From Candidatus Kaiserbacteria bacterium RIFCSPHIGHO2_02_FULL_49_34 (GTDB taxonomy: Bacteria; Patescibacteriota; Minisyncoccia; Phycocordibacterales; UBA918): a stretch of 64,000 nt of DNA. The notes under the pieces are model-generated. The model was not told where the DNA came from and did no database searches. It saw nothing but the letters and a program-made list of their open reading frames with translations. The stretch is from contig MFLE01000025.1 in the NCBI GenBank assembly GCA_001781205.1, positions 87,300-151,299 of the forward strand, given 5' to 3'. The position numbers were made by a program, and so were the translations under genes. Positions 19,420 through 31,934 of this stretch are shown here, in pieces (positions within the stretch are counted from its first letter, which is position 1; each line of letters starts with the position of its first letter).

Positions 19420-19712
19420 AGCCGAAACATACCGCTTTCACTCATATTTGTCAACAAATCCCCATCTTTCAAACGAGTGAGCAAATGAAAGTCGTAGCGT
19501 TAGCGGAGATTTTCATTTGAGAACGAGCGCAGAAAGAAGCGAAGCGTCACACCTGTTGTGCTGTTGTTTTGCGGAGAACCCACAAAAAAGCGCAATTCAA
19601 AACATACATCTCCATGTGCCGCGCACAGAAAGCAAAAACAAGAGACGGAGCGACAGCATAACAGGTGTAGGGACAAAAAACCGCCAATGTAGGCGGAATG
19701 TTGCGGATGTAG

Positions 19713-20975
19713 TTATCCTATCTTCAACTTACCAAAGTATGGCTGAAGCGCTTCAGGGATTTTAATAGTACCATCTGCTTGCTGGAAGTTCTCAATAAGC
19801 GACACGAGAATGCGGGGAGTTGGGACAGCAGTACAGTTAAGTGAGTGCGCATAGCGAAGCGTTCCCTGCACGTCGCGATAACGGATGTTGAAGCGGCGGG
19901 TTTGGAAGTCGTGGAAGTATGATGCGGATGAAATCTCGCGGTACTTTTGTTCACCAGGCACCCAGAGTTCAATGTCATACTTTTTGACCTGACCTTGACC
20001 GAGGTCGCCGCCACAGTTGAGCACAGTACGGTACGGAATGCCAAGGGATTCAATGAATTCTTCGGTATTACGATTAATCCAGTCGTGCCACTTCACACTC
20101 TCGGCATGTGATGCTTCACAAAGCATAACCTGCTCAAGCTTGTAGAATTCATGCACACGGATAAGGCCTTTGACGTCCTTGCTGTATGAACCTGCTTCAC
20201 GACGGAAACATGGTGAGAAACCAAGCATCTTAATCGGGAACTGCGTTTGGTCGATGATGTCGTCGGCGTAGTAACCCATAAGGGAAACCTCTGAGGTACC
20301 AGCGAGGTAGTCGTCGTCCTGGGTTTTGTAGATGTCGTCAACATCGTTCGGGAGATGCCCGGTGCCAAAAAGATTTGGCGCACGAACAATGCTTGGCGGA
20401 AGGAACGGCATGAAGCCACGCTTTGTGAAGAATGCATTGGCGTAGTTCCAGATTGCCCATGAGAGCATTGCGCCATCGCCCTTGAGGTAGTAGCCACGGA
20501 AGCCATGCACTTTTGAGCCACGGTCGAAGTCAACCATGTCGTGCTTTTTCATCAGCTCGACGTGGTCTTTTGCATCGAAGGTAAATGTCTGCGCTTCGCC
20601 CCAATTGTGGATTTCTTGGTTGTCTTCGTCAGACATCCCTTCCGGTACGGACATATCAGGAATCTGTGGCACTTGGAGCATGAGCTTCTGCCATTCCTTC
20701 ATGATATCACGAAGCTTTTCTTCGAGTACCTTAATGTCCTCCTTAACGGACGACATTGATGCAATGAGTGCTTGACGCTTTGCCGAGTCCTGCTCTGCCG
20801 CAATAGCAGTCGAGGCCTGGTTCTGCTGTGCGCGCTTGCCTTCGAGCTCGCTCAAAAGAGCGCGACGCGCGTCGTCTTTTGTGATGAGGTCATCAAGGTC
20901 GACAGTGACGTGCTTTTTTACCGCACCTGCCTTAACGAGATCAAGATTGTCTCGAATGAATGAAATGTCTAGCAT
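19713..20975 (-). CDS. serS: Serine--tRNA ligase
   Basis: MLDI..IR N-terminus, motif 2 CFRREAG...GLIRVHEF, EISSAS. Confidence 0.98.
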   Translation of the reverse strand: MLDISFIRDNLDLVKAGAVKKHVTVDLDDLITKDDARRALLSELEGKRAQQNQASTAIAAEQDSAKRQALIASMSSVKEDIKVLEEKLRDIMKEWQKLMLQVPQIPDMSVPEGMSDEDNQEIHNWGEAQTFTFDAKDHVELMKKHDMVDFDRGSKVHGFRGYYLKGDGAMLSWAIWNYANAFFTKRGFMPFLPPSIVRAPNLFGTGHLPNDVDDIYKTQDDDYLAGTSEVSLMGYYADDIIDQTQFPIKMLGFSPCFRREAGSYSKDVKGLIRVHEFYKLEQVMLCEASHAESVKWHDWINRNTEEFIESLGIPYRTVLNCGGDLGQGQVKKYDIELWVPGEQKYREISSASYFHDFQTRRFNIRYRDVQGTLRYAHSLNCTAVPTPRILVSLIENFQQADGTIKIPEALQPYFGKLKIG

Positions 20976-20990
20976 AGGAATTACTATATA

Positions 20991-21905
20991 TTAGATGCGT
21001 AAATAACGCGAGATTGCCACAGCGCTTGAGACGATGCCGAGCGAGGCACCACTTCCCATAACAATAGCGAAGATGCGACCGAAGTCAGCGAGGTAGTAAC
21101 GGAAGATGTTGAGCCCAAAGAACGCATCAGTTGATGGGCCGAGGTAGTAGGCGATAGGATAGAGCAGAATGAGCGTGATGACACCTGCAATAACGCCATA
21201 GAGCGCACCTTGTACCACGAACGGACCACGAATGAAGGTGTTTGATGCGCCAACAAGGCGCATAACCGAAACTTCGTCACGTGCTGTGTAAATGGCAAGA
21301 CGAATGGTGTTGAATGTGATGAGTACGGTCACAAAGACAAGAGTCATCACGATGATTTTGGTAATCTTATCGATGATAGTAACGATGTTGGTGAGGCGGT
21401 CGATAGCTGATTTGTTTTGATTGAAGTTGATGCGGTCAATAATGGTCGCTTCTGCAGACTCGGAAGTCTCATTGATGAACTGCACAATGCCTTCATACTG
21501 TGCGGGGTCGTGTGCGGTAATGGAAATAGAGGCACCGAGCGGATTTTCGCCAAGTTCTTCGAGTGCACGTATGGTGAGCTCATCACCTGCATGGCGTTCC
21601 TTGAACTGTGCAAGCGCTTCGTCACGCGAGAGATATGTTACCACTTTGACATCGCTGAGCGATTCGACTTGTTTGCGGAAGGCGAGAATTGCCTCATCCT
21701 CTGCATCCACGGTGAAGTAGATATTAACATCGACTTTGCTTTTCAACGTGACAAGGGTGTGGTCAAGAAGTGCGCCGAAGATAAGCGAGCCACCAATAAC
21801 AAGTAACGTAATAACCATTACGTAAATTGCGGAAAATGAGACGTACGCACTGCGGACAAAGCCGACCGAGCCAGTGCGAATGATGCGTTTGAGTGAAGTT
21901 AACAT
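20991..21905 (-). CDS. ftsX: Cell division permease FtsX
   Basis: NTIRLAIY...E..VMRLVGAS..FIRGPF; lies downstream of ftsE. Confidence 0.93.
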   Translation of the reverse strand: MLTSLKRIIRTGSVGFVRSAYVSFSAIYVMVITLLVIGGSLIFGALLDHTLVTLKSKVDVNIYFTVDAEDEAILAFRKQVESLSDVKVVTYLSRDEALAQFKERHAGDELTIRALEELGENPLGASISITAHDPAQYEGIVQFINETSESAEATIIDRINFNQNKSAIDRLTNIVTIIDKITKIIVMTLVFVTVLITFNTIRLAIYTARDEVSVMRLVGASNTFIRGPFVVQGALYGVIAGVITLILLYPIAYYLGPSTDAFFGLNIFRYYLADFGRIFAIVMGSGASLGIVSSAVAISRYLRI

Positions 21906-21967
21906 AGTTTTTAGTTACTAGTAATTAGATCTGAGAAGATAAGCGATATCTACTGCGAGATACGTGA

Positions 21968-22093
21968 GATTCTTTCAAAATTGAGTTCAGGTGCGCCGGT
22001 TGGAGCAAATTTTCTCGGGAGCCGTACCCGACGTACGGTGAGTGAGAAAATTTGCTCCAATCGGTGCAGATGGACCAATTTGGGAAGAAGATC
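21968..22093. repeat. Long palindromic element in the ftsE-ftsX intergenic region
   Basis: Arms 21992-22016 and 22044-22068 are near-perfect complements; inner gccgtac-ccgac-gtacggt. Confidence 0.8.
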
Positions 22094-22098
22094 CCGTT

Positions 22099-22782
22099 TT
22101 AGAGGAGATACTTGCCGTTCTTGTCGTCACGGATGATTCTACCCCCATCCATCGTTATGACACGCTTTTCAAGAATGTCGATAACACCTTTATTGTGTGT
22201 GGTGAGAATCACCGTCGTGCCGAGGTCGTTAATCTTTTTGAGAATCTGGACAACTTCGTAGGTTGCTATCGGGTCGAGGTTGCCGGTTGGTTCATCGGCA
22301 ATGATAATGTCAGGCTGGTTGACTAGCGCGCGAGCAATGGCAACACGTTGCTTTTCACCACCGGAGAGTTCGCTCGGGAAGTGATGCATTTTTTCAGCGA
22401 GGTCAACGAGTTCGAGCGCTTGTGGTACCGACATAGCGATTTCATCGTCCGTGCGGCTATTTGCCTCCATGGCAAACGCTACGTTTTCAAAGGCTGTTTT
22501 GCCTGAAAGGAGTTTGAAGTCCTGGAAGATAGTACCAATTTTGCGGCGGAACGACGGGAGTTGCGAGCGCGATATTTTATGAATATCTTGTGATTCGTAG
22601 AAAATCGAACCTTCCGAAGGCTTATCTTCTGCAATAAGCATCTTCAAAAGGGTCGTCTTTCCTGCGCCAGAGTGCCCCACAATCGAGACAAACTCCTTCG
22701 GTGCAATCTGGAACGACACGCTATCAAGCGCGATTGTTTCGTTCTTTCCATAATATTTGGAAACGTTCTCAAAGTAAATCAT
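22099..22782 (-). CDS. ftsE: Cell division ATP-binding protein FtsE
   Basis: [25 protein letters not shown] and ADEPTGNLD. Confidence 0.93.
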   Translation of the reverse strand: MIYFENVSKYYGKNETIALDSVSFQIAPKEFVSIVGHSGAGKTTLLKMLIAEDKPSEGSIFYESQDIHKISRSQLPSFRRKIGTIFQDFKLLSGKTAFENVAFAMEANSRTDDEIAMSVPQALELVDLAEKMHHFPSELSGGEKQRVAIARALVNQPDIIIADEPTGNLDPIATYEVVQILKKINDLGTTVILTTHNKGVIDILEKRVITMDGGRIIRDDKNGKYLL

Positions 22783-22836
22783 ATGCCTCAGCATGGTACC
22801 ACGGCTCCGCGCTACGTGCAAAAAAATCGTACCCAT

Positions 22837-23511
22837 TTAGGATACGATGACAACGAATTCGCCACGGACGGTGGTTGGGTTGTTTTTATAGTGGTCACGG
22901 ACTTCTTCGGGAGTTCCCTGCACCACTTCTTCGTGCATTTTCGTGAGCTCTCGAGCAACGGTGACCGTACGAGTTTCATCCAAATGCTCTGCGAGTGATT
23001 CAAGTGTTTTTTCAATGCGGTGAACCGACTCGTAAAACATGTGTGGGATTTCGACGTCTTCGGTAATTGCCTTAAAGAAGGTTTCGCGACCCTTCTTGTG
23101 CGGAATAAAACCACGGAAGATAAACTGATTGCCTTCGATGCCAGCAATTGAGAAAGCAGTCGTAATTGCGCTGACGCCAGGAATAGCTTCAATAGAAAGG
23201 CCTGCTTCGCGCACCTTTTTCACGAGGAGTACGCCGGGGTCGGAGATGCAGGGTGTACCTGCATCGGAAACAAGCGCAATCTTCTTCCCTGCAGCAAGGT
23301 CTTCAAGTACCATGTCATGCGTTTTCTCTGAAGCGTGAGCGTCATAGCGTTTTTGAGGAGTTTGTATCTCATATCTTGCAAGAAGAACTCCCGTCACCCG
23401 AGTATCTTCCGCCAAAATATAATCAACCTCACTCAAAATCCGCACCGCCCGGTACGTAATATCTTCGAGGTTACCAATCGGCGTGGCAACAATGTAAAGT
23501 TTTCCGTTCAT
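22837..23511 (-). CDS. rsmI: 16S rRNA C1402 2'-O-methyltransferase
   Basis: LYIVATPIGNLEDIT, AEDTR, SDAGTP.ISDPG and RELTK. Confidence 0.96.
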   Translation of the reverse strand: MNGKLYIVATPIGNLEDITYRAVRILSEVDYILAEDTRVTGVLLARYEIQTPQKRYDAHASEKTHDMVLEDLAAGKKIALVSDAGTPCISDPGVLLVKKVREAGLSIEAIPGVSAITTAFSIAGIEGNQFIFRGFIPHKKGRETFFKAITEDVEIPHMFYESVHRIEKTLESLAEHLDETRTVTVARELTKMHEEVVQGTPEEVRDHYKNNPTTVRGEFVVIVS

Positions 23512-23530
23512 AATTTTGTATTCCTGAATC

Positions 23531-23601
23531 TCGATTTTAACCTCAAAATAATTTTAAGTATCACACCCAACTTTTGTCATCCAGGAGGGATCCAGCGTTA
23601 G
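23531..23601 (-). repeat. Dispersed ~75-bp intergenic repeat, copy A
   Basis: + strand tcgattttaac...ttttgtcatccaggagggatccagcgttag; aligns with 44612-44690 and 59566-59639. Confidence 0.7.
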
Positions 23602-23612
23602 AGCACTACTCT

Positions 23613-24908
23613 CTAAAGAATCATCGCCGTCAATTTAGGAATATCCCCCGCACCCATAATGAGTACGACCGAGTCTCCACTCGCGGAGACTTTTAACGCT
23701 CCAGCAATCTCTTCAAGCGAATCATACGCAACAACCTTCTTATGTCCACGTTCCTGCGCTCTCGCTGCCAACTTCTCACTCGACGTCCCATACACATTTT
23801 CCTCACGCGCAGCATACGCTGGCGCAAGATACACCTCATCAGCCTCATCAAGTGCTTCCGCAAAATCCTCAAAAAGCTCATGAAGTCGCGAATACGTATG
23901 TGGCTGAAACGCAAGAGTCACTTTCTTCCCCGGATACTTATCCCGAGCACCACGGACTGTCGCCCTGATTTCTGTGGGATGATGGCCATAGTCGTCGTAT
24001 ACCGGCGCACCGTTGAGCTCTCCTTTGTATTCAAAACGGCGCCAGGTGCCTTTGAAATTTGTAAGGGCTTCGCGCGCGACCACGCTCTCTACACCCACAA
24101 AATCCGCCGCTGCGCGCGCCGCCGCTGCATTCAAAACATTATGCATCCCCGGCACTTGAAGCTCAAGCAAAGGATCAGCAAAAGAATGATAATCCACAAC
24201 CTTAGCCGAAACCCCCTCAAGCACCGGCGCAAGATTCACATCCCGCGTCGCACAAATAATCGCCCCATCCTCAGGCACACGAAGCGCAAGCGTCCGAAAC
24301 GCATCCTGCACATCCGCAAGACTCTTATAATAATCAACATGCTCAAGCTCAAGATTCGTAATCACCAGCACATCAGGCGTAAGCGTCAAGAAGTCCCGCT
24401 TATACTCACACGCTTCAACAATAAAATACTTACTCTTCCCTGCACGATAATTACTCTTGGTTGATGCACGAAGCGAACCAACAATCGCCGTCGGGTCAAA
24501 ACCAGCTGCTTCAGCAATATCGATAAGCATCGCCGTCGTCGTTGTCTTTCCATGAGAACCAGCAACGGCAATCAAGTAGTATTGATTCGCCACAAGCCCC
24601 AGCCCTTCAAAATAATTGATGCAGGTAATCCCACGCTCTCGTGCGTGAGCAAGCTCTGGATGGTCATGCGCCATCGCCTCCGTATACACCACAAGGTCAA
24701 CATCATCCGCAATATTTTCCGGCACCTGCGCTGCATAAAATGTCACCCCCTCTGCCTCAAGTGCAGACGTCAAGGCACTCGGCGCCCGGTCCGAACCACT
24801 CACGGACTTCCCCTCATGCAAAAAAAGCCGCGCCAACCCCGACATACCAATCCCCCCCACACCAATAAAGTGCACATGCGAAACCTCAGAAATAGCAACA
24901 GAATTCAT
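23613..24908 (-). CDS. murC: UDP-N-acetylmuramate--L-alanine ligase
   Basis: HFIGVGGIGMSGLA, GSHGKTTT, EACEY, DDYGHHPTE and FQPHTYSR. Confidence 0.96.
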   Translation of the reverse strand: MNSVAISEVSHVHFIGVGGIGMSGLARLFLHEGKSVSGSDRAPSALTSALEAEGVTFYAAQVPENIADDVDLVVYTEAMAHDHPELAHARERGITCINYFEGLGLVANQYYLIAVAGSHGKTTTTAMLIDIAEAAGFDPTAIVGSLRASTKSNYRAGKSKYFIVEACEYKRDFLTLTPDVLVITNLELEHVDYYKSLADVQDAFRTLALRVPEDGAIICATRDVNLAPVLEGVSAKVVDYHSFADPLLELQVPGMHNVLNAAAARAAADFVGVESVVAREALTNFKGTWRRFEYKGELNGAPVYDDYGHHPTEIRATVRGARDKYPGKKVTLAFQPHTYSRLHELFEDFAEALDEADEVYLAPAYAAREENVYGTSSEKLAARAQERGHKKVVAYDSLEEIAGALKVSASGDSVVLIMGAGDIPKLTAMIL

Positions 24909-24944
24909 ACCACCGTTATACCACACACACCAAAAGATGTCACA

Positions 24945-26664
<1,720 letters not shown>

Positions 26665-26722
26665 AGAGGTACTATACATGAAAATCATGAATTGGTGAAC
26701 TCTGGTTTTGCCTCATTGTCTG

Positions 26723-28081
26723 CTACTCGCACTCTCCTGCAAGAATTGGCTTCCATTCATTCAGAATGGTGTCGAGGGTTTCTTTTGCGGTCATTTCGGT
26801 TTTGCCGGTCACGTATTCGTGAAAGTATTTCTGTGAGATAAGCAGGAGCTCTGCGTAGCGTGGCGAATTCCAGTAATCCTTCACATGCTCGATTGAAACT
26901 GCATATGCTTCGTTATAAGGTGTGCGCTCCTGAAACTTTCTTGAGCTCGTGACGCGACGGAATGATGAGAGCCCTCCACCTTCAGCAAATGCATCTTGTG
27001 TTTCGTATTGCACCCACCAGTCCAAGAATTTGAGCGCCCCCTCTCGATTGCGTGCACCTTTCACGAGCGAAACCCCTTGCCCTGCAAGTTGCACATCGCG
27101 AGACTTCGGACCAAACAGTCCGGCAACATACCCTGTATCTGCCGCATAAGGATTCACTGCAGTATGCGAAATAAAGTTCATAGCGATTGCGGTGTCGCCC
27201 TCGAAAAACCGCGTCCACGCATGTGCATACGCATAGGTACCGATTTCTGGAGGCGCATAGGTTGCAAGCTCGCGGTATAATTCAAGCGCGGTGACCGCAT
27301 CTTCGCCGTTAATATGCCCATCAGCCTTACATGTCGCTCGATCGCCCCATGAGCCGCCATACCCAAAAAGCATCGACCCGTAGAGCATCGTCACGACATC
27401 ATAGAATTCTGAAGCTGGATATACAATGCCATACCTATTCTCATCGGGGCGGTAGAAGAACTTTGCGATGTCGCGCAATTCTGCATACGTGCGTGGCGCC
27501 GCAAGCGCTCGCCCATACTGCTCTCGAAACGCCGCTTGTTCAACGGGGTCTTCAAACCAATCATTACGATATGCGTACACAATAGTATTGGTACCAAACG
27601 GTACTGCATAAAATCTGCCTGATCCTTCTGGATATTCCCCATATCCTCGCGCTACCGATTCACTAAAGGTGCCGAGGATTTTATGTTCCTGCACAAAATC
27701 GGTGAGATCTTCATAGTAGCCATGCTCTGCGCCATACCCAATCCACTGCGAGTCGCCAACCGCTAAGTCAAAGCGGGGATACCCCGATTGCAGTTCTTGG
27801 TAGGTGATATCTTGCCATTTTGCTAGGGATACCTGGTCAACAATCACAGGAATGCCTGTTTCCTCCGTGAATTTCTTTGAGATTTCAGCAACCACATCTG
27901 CGGAATATTGTTCAAACCACATAATACGCACGGGCAAAGGGAGCTGTTCTTCCATTGCCTGTTTTTCTGCCTGAATCTTCTCCGTATACCGCCACACACC
28001 GAACCCGGAAGCCAGGAACACGAGGGCTAGGGCACTAATTACCATAAACGCCACGGTTGTCTTTTTTGTTTTTTGTATCAT
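26723..28081 (-). CDS. Sugar-type ABC extracellular solute-binding protein (paralogue 2)
   Basis: FTEETGIPV, DL..GDSQW.G, YAYR.DWF and PRTY.EL motifs; N-terminal TM anchor. Confidence 0.88.
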   Translation of the reverse strand: MIQKTKKTTVAFMVISALALVFLASGFGVWRYTEKIQAEKQAMEEQLPLPVRIMWFEQYSADVVAEISKKFTEETGIPVIVDQVSLAKWQDITYQELQSGYPRFDLAVGDSQWIGYGAEHGYYEDLTDFVQEHKILGTFSESVARGYGEYPEGSGRFYAVPFGTNTIVYAYRNDWFEDPVEQAAFREQYGRALAAPRTYAELRDIAKFFYRPDENRYGIVYPASEFYDVVTMLYGSMLFGYGGSWGDRATCKADGHINGEDAVTALELYRELATYAPPEIGTYAYAHAWTRFFEGDTAIAMNFISHTAVNPYAADTGYVAGLFGPKSRDVQLAGQGVSLVKGARNREGALKFLDWWVQYETQDAFAEGGGLSSFRRVTSSRKFQERTPYNEAYAVSIEHVKDYWNSPRYAELLLISQKYFHEYVTGKTEMTAKETLDTILNEWKPILAGECE

Positions 28082-28105
28082 ATTTATATATTTCTTATAT
28101 GCGCT

Positions 28106-29470
28106 CTACTGCTGATTACATTCATGTGCGAGAATCGGTCGCCATTCGGAGAGAATCATCTCGAGCGTCTCGCGGGCGCTTGCGGCATTCGCACTGGTAA
28201 GATAATTATAGAAGTGACGCTGCGAGATATCGAGAAGCTCAGCATATCGTGGTGTATTCCAAAAGTCTCGTACATGTTCTATCGATACGGCATACGCTTC
28301 GTTGTACGGGTTAAGGTCTCTGAAGCTTTGTGATGTCGTGACGCGACGGAAGGTTGTGAGTCCGTTTCCTTCAGCAAATGCCTGTTGTGTTTCGTACCGT
28401 ATCCACCACTCAAGGAATTTGAGTGCACCATCTCTATTGCGTGCTCCCTGTACTAACGAAACACCCTGTCCGACGAGTTGCGCATCACGCGATGCTGGGC
28501 CAAAAAGTCCACTGAAATACCCTGTGCTCGTCGCGATTGGGTTGTTATCTAAGTTGGTGATGAAGTTCATACCGAGAGCGACATCGCCTTCGAAGAAACG
28601 ATTCCACGCTTGTGCGTATAAGGAGTTAGACATACCCGGCGGTGTGTACTGATAGAGCTCACGATACAATTCGAGAGCAATCACTGCGCCGTTATTATTG
28701 ATATGTCCATCTGCAACGCACGTCACTCGATTACCCCACGAGCCACCATAGCCAAAAAGCATTGAGCCAAAGACCATCGTCACCACATCGTAGGATGACG
28801 ATACGGGGAATACAATGCCGTATCTGTTTTCCTCGGGGCGGTAGAAGAATTTTGCAATGTCACGCAACTCTTCATACGTACGCGGCACAGAAAGTTCTCG
28901 TCCATACTGCTCCTTGAATGCTGCTTGTTCGACAGGGTCTGCGAACCAGTCGGTGCGGTATGCATATACATTCGTATTCGCATTGAGAGGCACTGAGTAA
29001 TATTTCTCTGAGTCTTCAGGATACTCACCATATCCTCTTGTCGACGACTCGCTGAAGGTGCCGAGGATTTTATGTTCATCAAAAAATGATGTTAAGTCCT
29101 CGTAGTAGCCATTTTCTACGGCATAGCCATTCCATTGCGAATCACCAACAAGGAGATCAAAGCGAGGAAATCCTGAGGCAAGCTCCTGATATGAAATTTC
29201 CTGCCATCTCGGTATCGAGACTTGTTCAACGATAACAGGTATGCCTGTCTCTTTCGTAAAATCCTCTGAGAGCTTCGCAATCACATCTGATTCGAATCGC
29301 TCTTGCCACAAAATGCGTACGGGCATAGTTTTTCCTCCGACTGTTTTCAAATCTTCTGTGCTCGATAGGAAATATCGCTGCACAGAAAACGCAGCATATA
29401 CAATCGCCGTGACCGCCACTATGCCCGCAAGCACAACCAGTATCCTCCTTATTGTTTTATTGTTCTTCAT
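28106..29470 (-). CDS. Sugar-type ABC extracellular solute-binding protein (paralogue 1)
   Basis: Same motifs; highly similar to the adjacent paralogue. Confidence 0.88.
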   Translation of the reverse strand: MKNNKTIRRILVVLAGIVAVTAIVYAAFSVQRYFLSSTEDLKTVGGKTMPVRILWQERFESDVIAKLSEDFTKETGIPVIVEQVSIPRWQEISYQELASGFPRFDLLVGDSQWNGYAVENGYYEDLTSFFDEHKILGTFSESSTRGYGEYPEDSEKYYSVPLNANTNVYAYRTDWFADPVEQAAFKEQYGRELSVPRTYEELRDIAKFFYRPEENRYGIVFPVSSSYDVVTMVFGSMLFGYGGSWGNRVTCVADGHINNNGAVIALELYRELYQYTPPGMSNSLYAQAWNRFFEGDVALGMNFITNLDNNPIATSTGYFSGLFGPASRDAQLVGQGVSLVQGARNRDGALKFLEWWIRYETQQAFAEGNGLTTFRRVTTSQSFRDLNPYNEAYAVSIEHVRDFWNTPRYAELLDISQRHFYNYLTSANAASARETLEMILSEWRPILAHECNQQ

Positions 29471-30383
29471 ATCCTATAAACCACACGTAATGCTGCGGTG
29501 AGACATTTTGTGTATTAATTTTTTTAACTTCTCCATCGACAATGACTTCAAAGGCGACATGTATCGGCCGAACTTGTATGAACCTGTTGCCGTCTCGCAC
29601 ACGCCGCTCGCCTCTGCCGCCGAGAATGTCGGGGTATGCTTCAGGGTAATCGGTGAAGAATGAGGAATCACGCCCTTCCGCATACTCGTTTCGCTTTGCC
29701 GGATCAGCATGCCAAAGATAACGCCCTTCGTTACCAACCACAAAGAGATTTTTCAGTGTCGTGTCTTCAAAACCTTTAAAAAATTCTTCGAGCTCGACGT
29801 GCATGGTTACCGATCCAGCAAGCGCGCCGCTATCAGTACGAAATGCCATAGTGTACGGAACGATTACCGTACTCTGATGAGAATCGTGGCTATGTATCTC
29901 TATACGCTCCATACTTACCTCATCGCCCCGTAAAAGTGAGGCGATTAATTCACGCGTGCGAAATTCTTGTGTCTTTGTCGTGTGTATGTCAGATTGATAT
30001 ACTCCTTCTGCGTCAAGATAATCATCGAACGTGCGTCCACTCTGTGCATAGGTAAAGATAATCTCATGTATGAAGGGATAAGCTCGTAGCATTTCCTCTA
30101 TACGCCTCTGATATTGTCGTCGAACCTCTTCGGTTTGCTCAGTACCGGTGGTTCGAATAGCTTGATATACCGTGCTGTGTCCCTCATCACGAAATTTTGA
30201 TGTAACAAACCATGCTGTTTTTGAAATCTGTGCAATGTACGGCGCTAAATCTTTTGTGCCCTGCGTAAATGCATTTTCCACCGCAAGCCGTTCTTGATAT
30301 ATCGAATACCACAGTGCCGCAACAATGAGCATTGCCGTCACAAGTACGCCAAATACCACATAAAGAACGCGTATGATTTTCAT
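29457..30383 (-). CDS. Single-TM protein with a Cache-like extracellular domain and no output domain
   Basis: N-terminal TM; LFVVGNEGRYLWHADP is typical of dCache; ends at WFIGYEEQ. Confidence 0.6.
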   Translation of the reverse strand: MKIIRVLYVVFGVLVTAMLIVAALWYSIYQERLAVENAFTQGTKDLAPYIAQISKTAWFVTSKFRDEGHSTVYQAIRTTGTEQTEEVRRQYQRRIEEMLRAYPFIHEIIFTYAQSGRTFDDYLDAEGVYQSDIHTTKTQEFRTRELIASLLRGDEVSMERIEIHSHDSHQSTVIVPYTMAFRTDSGALAGSVTMHVELEEFFKGFEDTTLKNLFVVGNEGRYLWHADPAKRNEYAEGRDSSFFTDYPEAYPDILGGRGERRVRDGNRFIQVRPIHVAFEVIVDGEVKKINTQNVSPQHYVWFIGYEEQ

Positions 30384-30599
30384 CAGCGTTTGATGGGGGA
30401 ATGTATGCAATCCGTATCTTTGTGATTTCTTTCTAACGTTCATTGAAATAGGTACTTCGCAAAAAGACTCACGTACACGATGTGTACATGAGTCTCGGGG
30501 ACCTGCGAATAGGTACAGTATATACTGGTTCTCTGAAAAACAAAAACAGCAACCCCGACTCTTGGGGGCTGCTGTTGTGTATTTCTATTATTTTTAAAG

Positions 30600-31286
30600 T
30601 TATTCAGGAGAGATTTCCGAGAGGTGTTCCTCAGGCATGCTTGTCGAAATGTCTTTATACATGAGGTAGATATATCCCATACCAATTGGTGTCACCACCA
30701 TCGTCAAGAGCGTCATAAGAAATTCAAGCGCAATATCATTCAGAAAAAAAGTGAACGGGCTCGTAACAGCAATCAAAGCTACTGCTGCCATAAGCGACAG
30801 CGCAACCAGCCTACCAAACACCGCCCACCACTTCCCTTGTACGTATGCGCGACTTGCCTTGAGGGCTTCTATAGGGCGCTTGTCTTCAAGGAGTAAGACA
30901 TAGATTGCAAAAGAGAACCATACGGCAACAATGATGCCAGGTATAACAAGGAGAATGAGACCCACCAGCGTAATCAACGCGAGCAGTATCGAGAGTACAA
31001 GATATTTCCAAAAGACACCCGTCGAAGCCTGATATGCATCACTAACAGTATGCTGGCGCCCACTGAGCGCATACACGAGCGCGATTCCTGCGAAGATGCC
31101 AAGAATGGTACCTATGATTCCCATCGAAGCGGGTAGCAACTGATCGGGACGCACGCCGAGCACAACAATTGCAAAGAAGGAAATTGCATACGGAATAAGC
31201 GAGACCGCAACAATGCCGAGCAAGAGTGCAGCCTTCTCGCGAAACAAAGCGATTGCATCTCGTAATAATGTGATTGGACCTTTCAT
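30600..31286 (-). CDS. Integral membrane protein (GDPD membrane-domain-like)
   Basis: LLVIPGII.AVWFSF and ALKASR.YVQGKWW.VFGR. Confidence 0.75.
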   Translation of the reverse strand: MKGPITLLRDAIALFREKAALLLGIVAVSLIPYAISFFAIVVLGVRPDQLLPASMGIIGTILGIFAGIALVYALSGRQHTVSDAYQASTGVFWKYLVLSILLALITLVGLILLVIPGIIVAVWFSFAIYVLLLEDKRPIEALKASRAYVQGKWWAVFGRLVALSLMAAVALIAVTSPFTFFLNDIALEFLMTLLTMVVTPIGMGYIYLMYKDISTSMPEEHLSEISPE

Positions 31287-31393
31287 GATATTTTTATTAT
31301 GTAACAATATGCCAAGAATATATCACCCTTACCTTTAACGCAAGGCGTAGAAAACCCCGCGCTTGGCGGGGTTAGCGTACGATACGTACGAGG

Positions 31394-31738
31394 TTATGTG
31401 TTCTTTTTGTTTTTACTCTTCAGGCGCACGAGTTCTTCTTGCACCTGTGTGAGCGCAGCGTTCTTGCGGCGCTTGAACACAAAATCAGCTTTTTGCAATG
31501 TGGCACCTGCAGAGCTCTGCGTGTAGAACTGCGCCTTAAAATGTGGAAACGCCCGGAGGGCATCTTTAATTTTTTGCACCATGTTCCCCGGAATGTTCCA
31601 ACCGTACTCAGTGGTACCATTCGGCAGCCGCAGGTTATGCTGTAGTGATTCTGCAGCAATCCCCTGCTCTGTCAAAAGTAGCGCCACCTGCTCATTAAGC
31701 TCGGGGTTACAGACTACATACCATTTTGTCGCCATCAT
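31394..31738 (-). CDS. Hypothetical protein
   Basis: 114-aa ORF with a downstream hairpin near 31352-31373. Confidence 0.6.
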   Translation of the reverse strand: MMATKWYVVCNPELNEQVALLLTEQGIAAESLQHNLRLPNGTTEYGWNIPGNMVQKIKDALRAFPHFKAQFYTQSSAGATLQKADFVFKRRKNAALTQVQEELVRLKSKNKKNT

Positions 31739-31934
31739 GGATACTCTCTTAGAAAAAACAAGACATCATCTTTGTACCACACACATACGGTCCTGGCAAG
31801 ATTTTTGACACACTTCCCATATCCACAGAAATATTCCGCCATACTTGTGTATACTAGTGGCATCACTGTATCCAAGAAGTTCTCGAAACTCGCCGCATCC
31901 GCGGTGATTTTATATACTAATACGAGAACTCCTT

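Noticed and set aside
19517-19765. Short ORF over the serS downstream region, and similar ORFs over tRNAs (5005-5359, 42731-43084, 44201-44485)
   Set aside because: They overlap structured RNA or repeat sequence and lack coding signals.
23742-24464. 240-aa Arg/Ile-rich + strand ORF
   Set aside because: It is antisense to murC and a by-product of the local strand skew.
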